Made by a program: the position numbers and the translations under genes. A stretch of 64,000 nucleotides of DNA, taken from NCBI GenBank assembly GCA_045605175.1, contig JAZUPL010000013.1, forward strand, positions 95 through 64,094, given 5' to 3'. Of the stretch, positions 46,404 through 56,288 are shown piece by piece (the stretch's first letter is position 1; each line of letters opens with the position of its first letter). Under the pieces are notes generated by a model. The model ran no database searches, was not told where the DNA came from, and saw nothing but the letters and a program-made list of their open reading frames with translations. This DNA comes from Eubacteriales bacterium. Its GTDB lineage: Bacteria; Bacillota; Clostridia; Oscillospirales; CAG-272.

Positions 46404-47081
46404 ATGATAATCAGCGAAAGAACAAAATCACTTGAAGAACAGGTATATCTACAACTTGAAGAGGAGATACTCTGTGGCATTTATAAAAAGGGCGATACGC
46501 TTACCGAAACTTCAATTTCGAAAAGAATCGGAGTCAGCCGTACCCCTGTGCGTTCTGCACTGCAAAGGCTGGGAGAAGAAGGGCTTATCGAATTAGTCCC
46601 CAACAAGTGTGCCGTGGTAGTAGGCGTCACGGTGGATGACCTTATCGACACCTATCGTATTCGTATGCGTTTGGAGGGGCTTGCCACTGCTATGGCGACA
46701 AGCCACCTGAGCGAGGATGACAAGGAACGTCTAAAAGAGGCTATGGAACTGTCCGAATTCTATATGAAAAAACAGGACACCGAGCAACTTAAGGAACTTG
46801 ACACCACATTCCACAGCACCATATATCAAGCATCGGGAAACAGAATGCTAAACAAAATACTCTCCGAACTTCACCGAAACATAAGAACCTACCGAAAACT
46901 CTCCCTGACCATGCCAGGCAGACTTGAAGCGAGCATAAAAGAGCATCGCGAGATACTTGAGGCTATGCTCGCAGGCGACTGCGATAAAGCAGACAGACTG
47001 ACGAGCATGCATATCGAGAGGGCAATGAACAACATGGTAGAGGCTATGAAAAGAGAGGAAGAAGTGCTCGCCCTCGTGTGA
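46404..47081 (+). CDS. GntR-family (FadR/FCD subfamily) transcriptional regulator
   Basis: 225 aa. N-terminal winged HTH (LTETSISKRIGVSRTPVRSALQRLGEEGLI) plus a helical FCD-like C-terminal domain. Confidence 0.9.
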   Translation: MIISERTKSLEEQVYLQLEEEILCGIYKKGDTLTETSISKRIGVSRTPVRSALQRLGEEGLIELVPNKCAVVVGVTVDDLIDTYRIRMRLEGLATAMATSHLSEDDKERLKEAMELSEFYMKKQDTEQLKELDTTFHSTIYQASGNRMLNKILSELHRNIRTYRKLSLTMPGRLEASIKEHREILEAMLAGDCDKADRLTSMHIERAMNNMVEAMKREEEVLALV

Positions 47082-47217
47082 GAGCATCTCATCCAGCACT
47101 ATGCGCGGGTTAGATAACTTTTTTGAAAACAATTGTTTGCTTTTGTTAGGAGTTTTGTTTCAAAACCACACACCCGTGTTAAATAAAACCAAAAAAGGAA
47201 AGGAATTTACGTAATCA

Positions 47218-49152
47218 ATGGGTTACACAATAGCCGAAAAAATTATTTATAGCCATTTGGTTGACGGAACGCCCGAAAAGGGCAAGGAAATTGGCATACG
47301 TATAGACCAAACTCTGACACAGGATGCCACGGGAACTATGGCGTACCTGCAACTCGAAGCGATGGGCATAGACCGGGTAAAAACAGATCTCTCGGTTGCC
47401 TATATCGACCACAACACCCTGCAAGCAGGCTTTGAAAACGCAGACGACCACAGGTACATAGCCACCGTGGCAAAAAAGCACGGCGTGAGATTTTCTCGAC
47501 CTGGCAACGGCATTTGTCACCAGGTACATCTTGAGCGTTTTGCCACACCGGGCGGCACTCTTATAGGCTCGGATAGCCACACCCCGACCGCAGGCGGTAT
47601 AGGCATGCTCGCTATGGGTGCGGGCGGTCTTGATGTGGCGGTGGCTATGGGTGGTGGTGCTTACTACATCACTATGCCAAAGATGATTAGAATAAACCTC
47701 GTAGGAAAACTTGGCGACTTTGTTAGTGCCAAGGACGTTATTTTAGAGGTGCTTCGCCGTCTTGGAGTCAAGGGTGGCGTAGGCGCAATTGTCGAATACG
47801 GCGGTGAGGGGGTTTCCTCGCTTTCGGTACCCCAGCGTGCCACCATTACCAATATGGGCGCAGAACTCGGTGCTACCACCTCCATATTCCCCTCGGACGA
47901 GGTGACAAAACAATTCCTTGTAGCCGAGGGCCGTGGCGAATGCTACACTCGGATAGAGGCGGACGAGGACGCAGTTTATGACAAGGTTTTAGAGATAGAC
48001 CTCTCTACCCTATCGCCTCTTGCCGCCTGTCCACATAGCCCCGACAATGTAAAGACGGTAAAGGAACTTGAGGGAATGAAGATAGACCAGGTTTGTATCG
48101 GCTCTTGCACTAATTCCTCTCTCGTGGACCTCTTAACCGTAGCCCATATATTAAAAGGAAAGACGGTGCACCCCGACGTGTCGCTCTCTATCTCCCCCGG
48201 CTCAAAGCAGGTATATACTATGCTTGCCGAATGTGGCGCTCTTGCCGACCTTATCGCAGCGGGAGCAAGAATTTTGGAGTGTGCCTGCGGACCGTGTATC
48301 GGTATGGGCTTCTCTCCGGGAAGCGGAGGAGTGAGCCTTAGAACCTTTAACCGAAACTTCCTCGCCCGCAGCGGCACAAAGGACGCCGAGGTTTATCTCG
48401 TTTCTCCCGAAACCGCGGCGGTATCCGCCCTCTGTGGAGTATTTACGGACCCAACCATGTTGGGAATTGCCCCGAAATTTGAACTGCCAAAGGAATTTAA
48501 GATAAACGACAATATGATAGAAATGCCCGCACCGAAAGACCTCGCCCACGAGGTGACGGTCGAGCGAGGCCCGAATATAAAACCCATTCCCAAGGGTATG
48601 CCCCCAGAGGAAAATCTTGTAACAAAACTAATCCTTAAAGTTGGCGACAACATAACCACCGACCATATAATGCCGGCAGGAAGCAAAATTCTACCTTATC
48701 GATCTAACGTACCAAAACTATCCGAATTCTGCTTTACCGTATGCGACCAGAACTTCCCTGATAGAGCGAAGAGAGAGGGCGGCGGAATAATACTCGGCGG
48801 TCACAACTACGGACAAGGCTCATCCCGTGAGCATGCGGCACTCGTACCCCTTTTCCTGGGTGTCAAGGCGGTTATCGCCAAGAGTTTTGCAAGAATTCAC
48901 GCAGCAAATCTTATAAACTTCGGAATTCTGCCTCTTGTCTTGAAGTGCGAGGAGGACTACGACGCCCTTTGCGAGGGTGATGAACTCTATATTGAAGGAC
49001 TCGCCTCGGCAGTAAAGGACAGCGACGAGGTAACACTCAGATGTAAAAACAAAAAAATACCCCTTTTGCTCTCTTTAACCCGAAGACAGAGAGATATTAT
49101 CCTGTCGGGCGGACTTTTGGAGTACACAAAGGCGAATAGCGAGGAAAAATAA
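47218..49152 (+). CDS. aconitate hydratase
   Basis: 644 aa. Fe-S ligand regions GSDSHT, IGSCTN and CGPCIG, plus a swivel domain with GQGSSREHAA. Confidence 0.93.
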   Translation: MGYTIAEKIIYSHLVDGTPEKGKEIGIRIDQTLTQDATGTMAYLQLEAMGIDRVKTDLSVAYIDHNTLQAGFENADDHRYIATVAKKHGVRFSRPGNGICHQVHLERFATPGGTLIGSDSHTPTAGGIGMLAMGAGGLDVAVAMGGGAYYITMPKMIRINLVGKLGDFVSAKDVILEVLRRLGVKGGVGAIVEYGGEGVSSLSVPQRATITNMGAELGATTSIFPSDEVTKQFLVAEGRGECYTRIEADEDAVYDKVLEIDLSTLSPLAACPHSPDNVKTVKELEGMKIDQVCIGSCTNSSLVDLLTVAHILKGKTVHPDVSLSISPGSKQVYTMLAECGALADLIAAGARILECACGPCIGMGFSPGSGGVSLRTFNRNFLARSGTKDAEVYLVSPETAAVSALCGVFTDPTMLGIAPKFELPKEFKINDNMIEMPAPKDLAHEVTVERGPNIKPIPKGMPPEENLVTKLILKVGDNITTDHIMPAGSKILPYRSNVPKLSEFCFTVCDQNFPDRAKREGGGIILGGHNYGQGSSREHAALVPLFLGVKAVIAKSFARIHAANLINFGILPLVLKCEEDYDALCEGDELYIEGLASAVKDSDEVTLRCKNKKIPLLLSLTRRQRDIILSGGLLEYTKANSEEK

Positions 49153-50327
49153 TGTCAACAAATATTTACAACGAAAGACTTGAAGAAGCCTGTGCAAAAT
49201 TTCGCAGAATTTTGGAGCAACAACTAACCCGTGTCGAAAATATGAAGGCTCAAGGCGATTTTGTGGACTACGAAAATCTCGACACAATAAGGATAGGAAT
49301 ATGTGGCGGCGACGGCATTGGCCCGACGATAACCAAGGAAGCAGGCAGGGTGCTTGCTTTTATCCTTGACGACCTTGTAAAGGCGGGAAAAATAACCTTT
49401 GTACCTATTGACGGACTGACTATTGAAAACAGAATTGCGGCAGGCAAGGCTATTCCCGACGACGTAATGGAAGAACTGAAATCCTGTCACATTATCCTGA
49501 AAGGTCCAACCACCACACCCCAAAAGGGCGACGGTATGCCTAATATTGAGAGTGCCAACGTCGCTATGCGAAAGGCTCTTGACCTCTTTGCAAACATTCG
49601 CCCTGTAAAGGTGCCCGACGAGGGAATTAGTTGGTGTATTTTCCGTGAGAATACCGAGGGTGGCTATGCCGTAGGCTCGCAGGGCTTCAACGTCACCGAG
49701 GATTTGGCGGTGGACTTCACTATAACTACAAGTCAAGGCTCCGAGAGAATTGCAAGACTCGCCTACGACTACGCGAGGCGAAACGGCCTATCAAGAGTGT
49801 CGCTCGTCACCAAGGCGAATATCATCAAGACCACCGACGGCAATTTCCTTGAGGACTGCCACAGGGTGGCAGAGGAATATCCCGAAATTACCACCGACGA
49901 GTGGTATGCCGATATTATGACGGCAAAACTCATCGACAAAAAGCGACGCCGTGACTTCCAGGTGCTTTTACTTCCCAACCTCTACGGTGATATTATCTCG
50001 GACGAGGCTGCCGAATTCCAAGGCGGTGTCGGCACGGCAGGCTGTGCAAATATTGGTAAAAAATACGCAATGTTCGAGGCCATTCACGGCTCTGCTCCCC
50101 GAATGGTACGCGAGGGGCGTGCTAAATATGCAGACCCCTGCTCTATGCTCCGTGCCACGGTTATGTTGCTCTCGCATATAGGTCTGCAAGACAGAGCGGA
50201 CAGGCTTGAAAGAGCGCTTGACATCTGCTCCTTTGAGGAAAAACGCCTCGTTATAACAGGGCGTGATACCGGTGCTACCTGCGAGGAATTTGGCGACTAC
50301 GTAATGGAAACCTTAAAAAGTCTTTAA
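49152..50327 (+). CDS. icd: isocitrate dehydrogenase (isocitrate/isopropylmalate dehydrogenase family)
   Basis: 391 aa. NLYGDIISDEAA signature. Start overlaps the aconitase stop. Confidence 0.88.
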   Translation: MSTNIYNERLEEACAKFRRILEQQLTRVENMKAQGDFVDYENLDTIRIGICGGDGIGPTITKEAGRVLAFILDDLVKAGKITFVPIDGLTIENRIAAGKAIPDDVMEELKSCHIILKGPTTTPQKGDGMPNIESANVAMRKALDLFANIRPVKVPDEGISWCIFRENTEGGYAVGSQGFNVTEDLAVDFTITTSQGSERIARLAYDYARRNGLSRVSLVTKANIIKTTDGNFLEDCHRVAEEYPEITTDEWYADIMTAKLIDKKRRRDFQVLLLPNLYGDIISDEAAEFQGGVGTAGCANIGKKYAMFEAIHGSAPRMVREGRAKYADPCSMLRATVMLLSHIGLQDRADRLERALDICSFEEKRLVITGRDTGATCEEFGDYVMETLKSL

Positions 50328-50505
50328 GTCCTGTTTTTCATTCATGTAAACATATCAACAGTTGTAACAAAATCGCCACCACGTTTTATACGCCAACCTA
50401 TGTATAATTCGTTTTAAGGCGTACTCCATATTTTACAAAAAAAGGCTTACCCACCTTTCGCTTTTTGCAAGAGGAGAGGGCAAGCCTTTTCTATTTCTTC
50501 TATAT

Positions 50506-51411
50506 TTAAATATTGTTCTTGAAAAATTCCAAGGCGTTGAGCCCTGCTATACGCTCTGTGATACGCTCACCATATCTTTCAAGAAGTAAATCTATGAGCC
50601 TGTCGTGAATACTGCTCTTCTCGTCGAAGCCCTCGGGATAGGAGTCAATGCCGTCTATATCAAGGCCGAAAGCAAGAGCGTTTTCCCCAATATTTTCAAG
50701 GGCGTAGTCTATCTGTCGATATATATCGTCTACCGTAGCCCTGCCGCTTTCGCTTAAGAATGAGGGGCAAAGATTAAGCCCTATTACGCCGCCCCTTCTT
50801 GCTATGCCTTTTGCTATATCGAGGGGGAGATTGCGAGATGCGCCGCAGACATCTCTAAAGTTGGAGTGGGTTGCTATTACCGGATAGGCGGTTAGGTCGA
50901 GCAGTTCTCTCGTCGCCCTGTCGGACAGGTGTGACACATCTAAAACTATACCAAGTTCCGAGCATCGACGAACCATAGCACGCCCCTCGTCGGTAAGACC
51001 GTAGTCATCCGTCTCACCAGAGCAGGCGGCGAGTTCGTTAGAATCCCAGGCAAGCCCCAAGACACGAAGCCCCGCACGGTATAAAGTTCCCAGTTCCTCG
51101 GAATCGGCAAACAAGCCTCCACCACCCTCTACCGAGAGTATAACAGAGCGTTTGTCACATTCTATGGCGAAGTTCAAATCGTGACAGTTTGTCACCTCGA
51201 CCAGTCGCAGTCGCTTCACTTCGGAGATGAACACATCAAGATAGTGCATAAGTTTTCGTCTGCGAGCCTGTGCCGACTCCCCTCTCGCAGGAACAAACTC
51301 TGCAAAGAGTTGAAGTTGCGGATACTCTCGCGACATATTGTATCTTGTGACAAGACCGTTATCGGCGTTTACTCGGGACAGACTGTCACAGTGCAAATCG
51401 GCAATATACAT
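50506..51411 (-). CDS. membrane dipeptidase (peptidase M19 family)
   Basis: Start at ATG 51411 (MYIADLHCDSL, RBS GAAAGG). VSHLSD and ATHSNFR motifs. The ORF-track start 51582 is AT-rich leader sequence. Confidence 0.88.
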   Translation of the reverse strand: MYIADLHCDSLSRVNADNGLVTRYNMSREYPQLQLFAEFVPARGESAQARRRKLMHYLDVFISEVKRLRLVEVTNCHDLNFAIECDKRSVILSVEGGGGLFADSEELGTLYRAGLRVLGLAWDSNELAACSGETDDYGLTDEGRAMVRRCSELGIVLDVSHLSDRATRELLDLTAYPVIATHSNFRDVCGASRNLPLDIAKGIARRGGVIGLNLCPSFLSESGRATVDDIYRQIDYALENIGENALAFGLDIDGIDSYPEGFDEKSSIHDRLIDLLLERYGERITERIAGLNALEFFKNNI

Positions 51412-51540
51412 AGATAACCTTTCGCTTTGGTTTTTTACATTGTTTGACCAAAATAAGTATATTTGTTCGTACTCTTTTATATTACTACAATATTTTCCCT
51501 TTGTCAATTGTTTTATTTTTGAACAAATAATACCTACCTC

Positions 51541-51569
51541 TTGACAAAACGGGTGATAAAAGGTATAAT
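51541..51569 (+). promoter_or_regulatory. sigma-A-type promoter of the T-box leader
   Basis: TTGACA (51541)-17 nt-TATAAT (51564). Confidence 0.65.
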
Positions 51570-51576
51570 TACTATA

Positions 51577-51832
51577 AAACACGACCGAGGCAGAGAGAGT
51601 ATCGTGGGAGTAGGCTTACAGAGAGAGGGCGGATGGTGCAAGCCCAAAGCAACACTGCGTGAAGCATTCTGCCAAGTGGGGGGCGAGAAAGGCAAAGCCA
51701 CAAGTCCCACGGGCACGCCCGTTAAAGCGTAGGCTCACAGAGCCCGAGGGCATCTTCGAGAGGAGTGCCGAATTACGGTGGTAACACGGGAAATCCGTCC
51801 GTAGCATACATAGGTATGCCACGGACTTTTTT
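51577..51832 (+). promoter_or_regulatory. T-box riboswitch leader with terminator/antiterminator
   Basis: Stem I GGCAGAGAGAGUA...UCUGCC. AG bulge and distal loop CAGAGAGAGGGCGGAUGGUGCAAGCCC. F-box CCGUUA 51719..51724. T-box AAUUACGGUGGUAACACGGG 51771..51790. Terminator GTCCGTaGCATAC...GTATGCcACGGAC plus TTTTTT at 51797..51832. Confidence 0.85.
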
Positions 51833-51846
51833 ATTTAGGAGGATAT

Positions 51847-52329
51847 ATGAACAAGGAACTACTCAAACTAATTGAAAACAATGCAAGAATGTCACTCTAC
51901 GATATGGCGACGGTGCTTAACATCACCGAGGAGGAAGTCGAGGAAGAAATCGCCCGTATGGAAAACGAGGGTGTTATCCGCGGCTACAAGACCGTAATAG
52001 ACTGGGACAAGGTGGACACCTGGACGGTTAGCGCTATTATCGAACTTAAAGTAGTACCCAAGGCAGGCTTTGGCTTTGAAGAGGTGGCAGAGCAAATTGC
52101 CACATACCCAGAGGTAGAGTCGGTATCCTTAATGTCGGGCGCCTGCGACCTGACGGTGACCGTCAAGGGCAAGACCTTCCTTGAGGTGTCAAACTTTGTG
52201 GCAAAGGAACTGGCATTTATTGACGGGGTGACCTCTACTGCAACTCAATTTATTATGAGAAAATACAAGGAATACGGCGTTGAACTCACAAGAAGTGAGG
52301 ACGACGGAAGGAGCAAAATTTCACTATGA
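51847..52329 (+). CDS. Lrp/AsnC-family transcriptional regulator
   Basis: 160 aa. N-terminal HTH (LIENNARMSLYDMATVLNITEEEV) plus a RAM/AsnC-type ligand domain. Confidence 0.9.
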   Translation: MNKELLKLIENNARMSLYDMATVLNITEEEVEEEIARMENEGVIRGYKTVIDWDKVDTWTVSAIIELKVVPKAGFGFEEVAEQIATYPEVESVSLMSGACDLTVTVKGKTFLEVSNFVAKELAFIDGVTSTATQFIMRKYKEYGVELTRSEDDGRSKISL

Positions 52330-53504
52330 TAGATTATACAAAGATTTTGTCCGAAGCCACGAGAGAGATGAAACCGTCGGGAATACGCAAATTCTTTGAT
52401 ATAGTAAACAAAATGGAGGGGGTAATATCTCTTGGTGTCGGCGAGCCGGATTTTAGAACACCCTGGCAGATTCGCTCGGCAGGTATTCGCTCGCTTCAGA
52501 GGTCGAATACCCGATACACCTCAAATCGCGGACTTGACGAACTGCGTCTTGAAATATCCCGTTACCTGTGCCGCAAATACGGCGTGGAGTATGACTCGGA
52601 GGAGGAAATTCTCGTCACGGTGGGTGGTAGCGAGGCGATAGACGTTGCCATAAGAGCCGTGACAAACCCCGGTGACGAGATTATAATTCCACAGCCCTCC
52701 TATGTTTGCTATGAGCCTATAACCCGACTGGCAGGCGGAGTCCCCGTCATCATTAACACTAAGGCGGAAAATGACTTCAAACTGACAAAAGAGGAACTTC
52801 TCGGTGCAATTACCGAGAAAACAAAGGCTCTTATACTTCCCTACCCCTCTAACCCCACGGGCGCTATTATGGAGAGAGATGACCTTGAAAAGATAGCCGA
52901 GGTTTTAAGAGATAGGGATATAATAGTCATATCCGACGAGATATATGCCGAACTTACCTACGGCGGCAAAAGGCACGTGACCATAGCCTCGCTCCCCGGC
53001 ATGAAGGAAAAGACGATATTGATAAACGGTTTTTCCAAGGCGTCTTCTATGACAGGGTGGCGAATGGGCTATGCCACAGGTCCTGAGCCCTTGATGAGCC
53101 AGATTACAAAGATACACCAATACGCCATTATGTGCGCACCCACCACCTCGCAATATGCAGCAATAGAAGCGCTTCGCTCCTGCGACGGGGAGGTGGCGGA
53201 AATGCTCGCCGAGTATGACGTAAGAAGAAAGATAATAGTCCAAGGCTTTTGCGACTTAGGTCTTGAATGCCGCGAGCCAAACGGAGCGTTTTACGCCTTC
53301 CCCTCTATTAAATCCACAGGGCTATCAAGCGAAGAGTTTTGCGAAAGACTGCTCTATTCCAAGGGCGTGGCGGTCGTCCCCGGCACGGCTTTCGGCGAGT
53401 CGGGAGAGGGCTTTATCAGGGCTTCCTACTGTTATTCTACCCTGCATATCAAGGAGGCGCTAAGACGTATAGGAGAGTTCCTGAAAGAGCTAAAAGAGAA
53501 CTGA
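52326..53504 (+). CDS. class I/II PLP-dependent aminotransferase
   Basis: 392 aa. PSNPTG, the SKASSMTGWRMGY Lys motif and a conserved Arg near the C-terminus. Overlaps the regulator stop by 4 nt. Confidence 0.92.
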   Translation: MIDYTKILSEATREMKPSGIRKFFDIVNKMEGVISLGVGEPDFRTPWQIRSAGIRSLQRSNTRYTSNRGLDELRLEISRYLCRKYGVEYDSEEEILVTVGGSEAIDVAIRAVTNPGDEIIIPQPSYVCYEPITRLAGGVPVIINTKAENDFKLTKEELLGAITEKTKALILPYPSNPTGAIMERDDLEKIAEVLRDRDIIVISDEIYAELTYGGKRHVTIASLPGMKEKTILINGFSKASSMTGWRMGYATGPEPLMSQITKIHQYAIMCAPTTSQYAAIEALRSCDGEVAEMLAEYDVRRKIIVQGFCDLGLECREPNGAFYAFPSIKSTGLSSEEFCERLLYSKGVAVVPGTAFGESGEGFIRASYCYSTLHIKEALRRIGEFLKELKEN

Positions 53505-53560
53505 AAATTGGCAATTGAAAATGGAAAGTTAATAATTGGCAATTGAAATTAAACAAAAAA

Positions 53561-53605
53561 AGAACAGACACGCAAGAAAAAATCTTGTATGTCTGTTCTT
53601 TTTTT
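53561..53605. terminator. bidirectional terminator between convergent genes
   Basis: AGAACAGAC ... GTCTGTTCT stem with an A-run upstream and a T-run downstream. Confidence 0.7.
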
Positions 53606-53712
53606 GTTAGTGAAGTTTTGCTACGCAGTGAATCTGTGCGTTGCACAGTGAAGCCATTACGAAGTAAAGTTATCTTCGATAATGAAGTTCCGCTCGGTGG
53701 CGAAGTTTACTA

Positions 53713-55398
53713 TCAGTCGATAGTCATATCAAGTTTGAATCTCATTATCTTGCGAAGAGTATTCTTGGGGAATTCCTCGGTACGAACCTTAAGCACGCCT
53801 ATCTTCTTGTAGGGTACGGCAGTCTTATTGTACTCGGTGACAAACTTCCACAGGTATGTGTGAACGTCCTCTATACCGTTATTTTTCATATAGTCATAGT
53901 CGGGGTAAATCTCAGCAACTATCTTGTTCTCCTCAAGTCCTCTCTTGGACTGTCCTTCGTAAACAATTACGTCGATAACGCCTGGGACGGCTATGAACTC
54001 GCTCTCTATCTCCTCGGGGTAAACATTCTTACCGTTGGAGAGAATGATAAGGTTCTTCTTTCTTCCGGTTATGGTAATAGAGCCGCCTCTGGTAATCTTA
54101 CCGTAGTCGCCGGTGCGGAAGAAACCGTCCTCGGTCATAGCCTCGGCAGTTGCCTCCTCGTCCTTGAAGTAGCCGAGCATAACGTTGGGGCCCTTGACAC
54201 AAATCTCGCCCTCGCCGTCCTCGTTGGGATCGTCAATACGCACCTCGTCGCCGTCAATGGGGAAGCCGACACTTCCCTTTACAATTCTGCCCGTGTGGTT
54301 TACCGAAATAAGCGGACCGCACTCGGTTATACCGTATCCGTTAAGAATCTCGATGCCTATTCCGTCAAAGAAGTCTATCATATCCTGGTTAATAGCAGCA
54401 CCACCCGAAACGATAAGGCTAAGTCTGCCACCAAAGGACTCAAGTATCTGACCGAAGAACTTTCTACGCAGGTCAATACCTATCTTGCGTAAGAAGTTGG
54501 ACACTTTTATCATTGTGTTTACGGTTTTAAGTTTGCCCTTATCCTTAAGGGTTGCCTGTATCCTACGGTAGAAGGTTTCGATATAAAGAGGCACCATAAC
54601 CAAGTGTCCCGGCTTCTGCTCCTTAAGTTCGGGGAGAATATAGCGAATGCCCGAGGAAATATATACCTCGATACCCACGCTGTTCTGTCCGTAAATCGAA
54701 ACGGTAGAGCCATAGGTGTGGTGGGGAGGAAGCACGCCCACCGACTTGTCCGAGAAGCCGATGAATCCTACAACATCCTCAAGGTCCCAGGTGAGAGCCT
54801 TCTGCGAGAGCATAACGCCCTTGCCCTTGCCGGTAGTACCCGAGGTGAACACGAGAAGCGCCATTTTCTCGTTGTCTATTTCTCTGTTAAAGTAGGGCGC
54901 ACTGTCAAGAGCAAATTCCTGGACTCCCATTTCCAAGAGGGCGTCAATTCCCTCGCCCGTCTTGATAGGCTGGTCAAGTCCTACCTCTTTTGCTATCTCT
55001 TCGCCCTTGTCAAAAATGTCCTTGTCACAGATAAGCACCTCTGTATCCGCCTTCTTAGCCGTAGCCGAAAGGTCGGCAGTCGTCCAATCTCTGTCAAGCG
55101 GGATAAGCACCGAGCCTGTGCAAAGCGCAGCGTAATAAACCAACACCCAGTTGTAGGAGAGTTTACCAATAAGCGTAATATGCTTGCCTGCATAACCCTC
55201 TTTTATAAAAGCGGTGGAAAGGGCGCGGACATCGTCACGGAGCTCTTCGTAGGTCTTTCTTACAATTTGGTCCTCTTTATCTCTGGGGTTTATTCTATAT
55301 GCATACGCGCCGTGGTCCTTAAATCTTACACCCACGTCCTCTATCATCTCGCGGACGTTTTCGTAGTGATATCTTTCGCGAATTCTTCTCTCTGCCAT
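53713..55398 (-). CDS. AMP-dependent synthetase/ligase (long-chain fatty acid-CoA ligase-like)
   Basis: 561 aa. AMP-binding signature FTSGTTGKGKGVMLS, then TGDYGK. Confidence 0.9.
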   Translation of the reverse strand: MAERRIRERYHYENVREMIEDVGVRFKDHGAYAYRINPRDKEDQIVRKTYEELRDDVRALSTAFIKEGYAGKHITLIGKLSYNWVLVYYAALCTGSVLIPLDRDWTTADLSATAKKADTEVLICDKDIFDKGEEIAKEVGLDQPIKTGEGIDALLEMGVQEFALDSAPYFNREIDNEKMALLVFTSGTTGKGKGVMLSQKALTWDLEDVVGFIGFSDKSVGVLPPHHTYGSTVSIYGQNSVGIEVYISSGIRYILPELKEQKPGHLVMVPLYIETFYRRIQATLKDKGKLKTVNTMIKVSNFLRKIGIDLRRKFFGQILESFGGRLSLIVSGGAAINQDMIDFFDGIGIEILNGYGITECGPLISVNHTGRIVKGSVGFPIDGDEVRIDDPNEDGEGEICVKGPNVMLGYFKDEEATAEAMTEDGFFRTGDYGKITRGGSITITGRKKNLIILSNGKNVYPEEIESEFIAVPGVIDVIVYEGQSKRGLEENKIVAEIYPDYDYMKNNGIEDVHTYLWKFVTEYNKTAVPYKKIGVLKVRTEEFPKNTLRKIMRFKLDMTID

Positions 55399-55421
55399 TT
55401 TGTTTTCTCCTTTTTATAAAA

Positions 55422-55877
55422 TCAGGTAGTTTTTGCAGTTAATTTTTCAAAATTTCTGTGAAGTTTTTCAAGAGTGATGTAGAAAGCCTCAAGTTCCCCC
55501 TCGCTTATTCCCACGTCAACCGTGCTTTGAATACGCATAGCCTCCTCGGATATCTTCTCTGCGAGTTCCCGTCCCTTTTCGGTAAGCGAAATGCGGGCGT
55601 TATATTTTCTTCGTCTGCCCTTTACCTCGGCTAAGGCGATATATCCGCTTTCCTCCAAAATTTCTATCTCGCGTGAAACCAAGGAACGGTCTATCTTTCT
55701 CGCCTGTGCAATCTCGGCAGAAGTAAGCCCTTCGGGATTACGCCACAGGTGATACAGCCACAAAAGATGCACGCTTTTGACACCCAAAGCGGGGGCAATT
55801 TCGTCCTTTAATTTGTTTATACCCTTGTGAATACCGTCAAGCAAAAGGGTAAACCTCTCAAATCTGAAGTTGTCCAA
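55422..55877 (-). CDS. MarR-family transcriptional regulator
   Basis: 151 aa. Winged HTH LTSAEIAQARKIDRSLVSREIEILEESGYI. Confidence 0.9.
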   Translation of the reverse strand: MDNFRFERFTLLLDGIHKGINKLKDEIAPALGVKSVHLLWLYHLWRNPEGLTSAEIAQARKIDRSLVSREIEILEESGYIALAEVKGRRRKYNARISLTEKGRELAEKISEEAMRIQSTVDVGISEGELEAFYITLEKLHRNFEKLTAKTT

Positions 55878-56138
55878 TTATCTCGCCTGCTCCTTTCTCC
55901 CTCTCGGATTAGTTGACCGACACCTAAGCAAAGGGCAAAAGCCTCGCACAAGTGCGACGAATACGCCACGCTAAGATGTTTACCTGTCAACTTCCAAAAA
56001 CGATTATAACACAAGTTTTCCCCATTGTCAACAATTATATTTACATAAACACGTGCGCCCTCGACTTTATCCTTGATATTCGTTGCAGAAAACATTTTTT
56101 AAAAACACAGTGTCCCTCTCACTGTCGCGATACAAAAA

Positions 56139-56165
56139 AGAACGGCTTGCGCCGTTCTTTTTTTG
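56139..56165 (-). terminator. terminator downstream of pfkA (bidirectional shape)
   Basis: AGAACGGC-ttgc-GCCGTTCT with flanking A- and T-runs. Confidence 0.7.
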
Positions 56166-56288
56166 CTTTTATTGTTTGGTTTTTGTTTTGATGTTGTTTT
56201 TTAGTTTGGTTTCTTTTTTGATTGTTTGCTTTTTACATTAGAGGTTAATTTTCTTGCTTTAATATTGGGGGGTGGTTTGTGCCTGATA

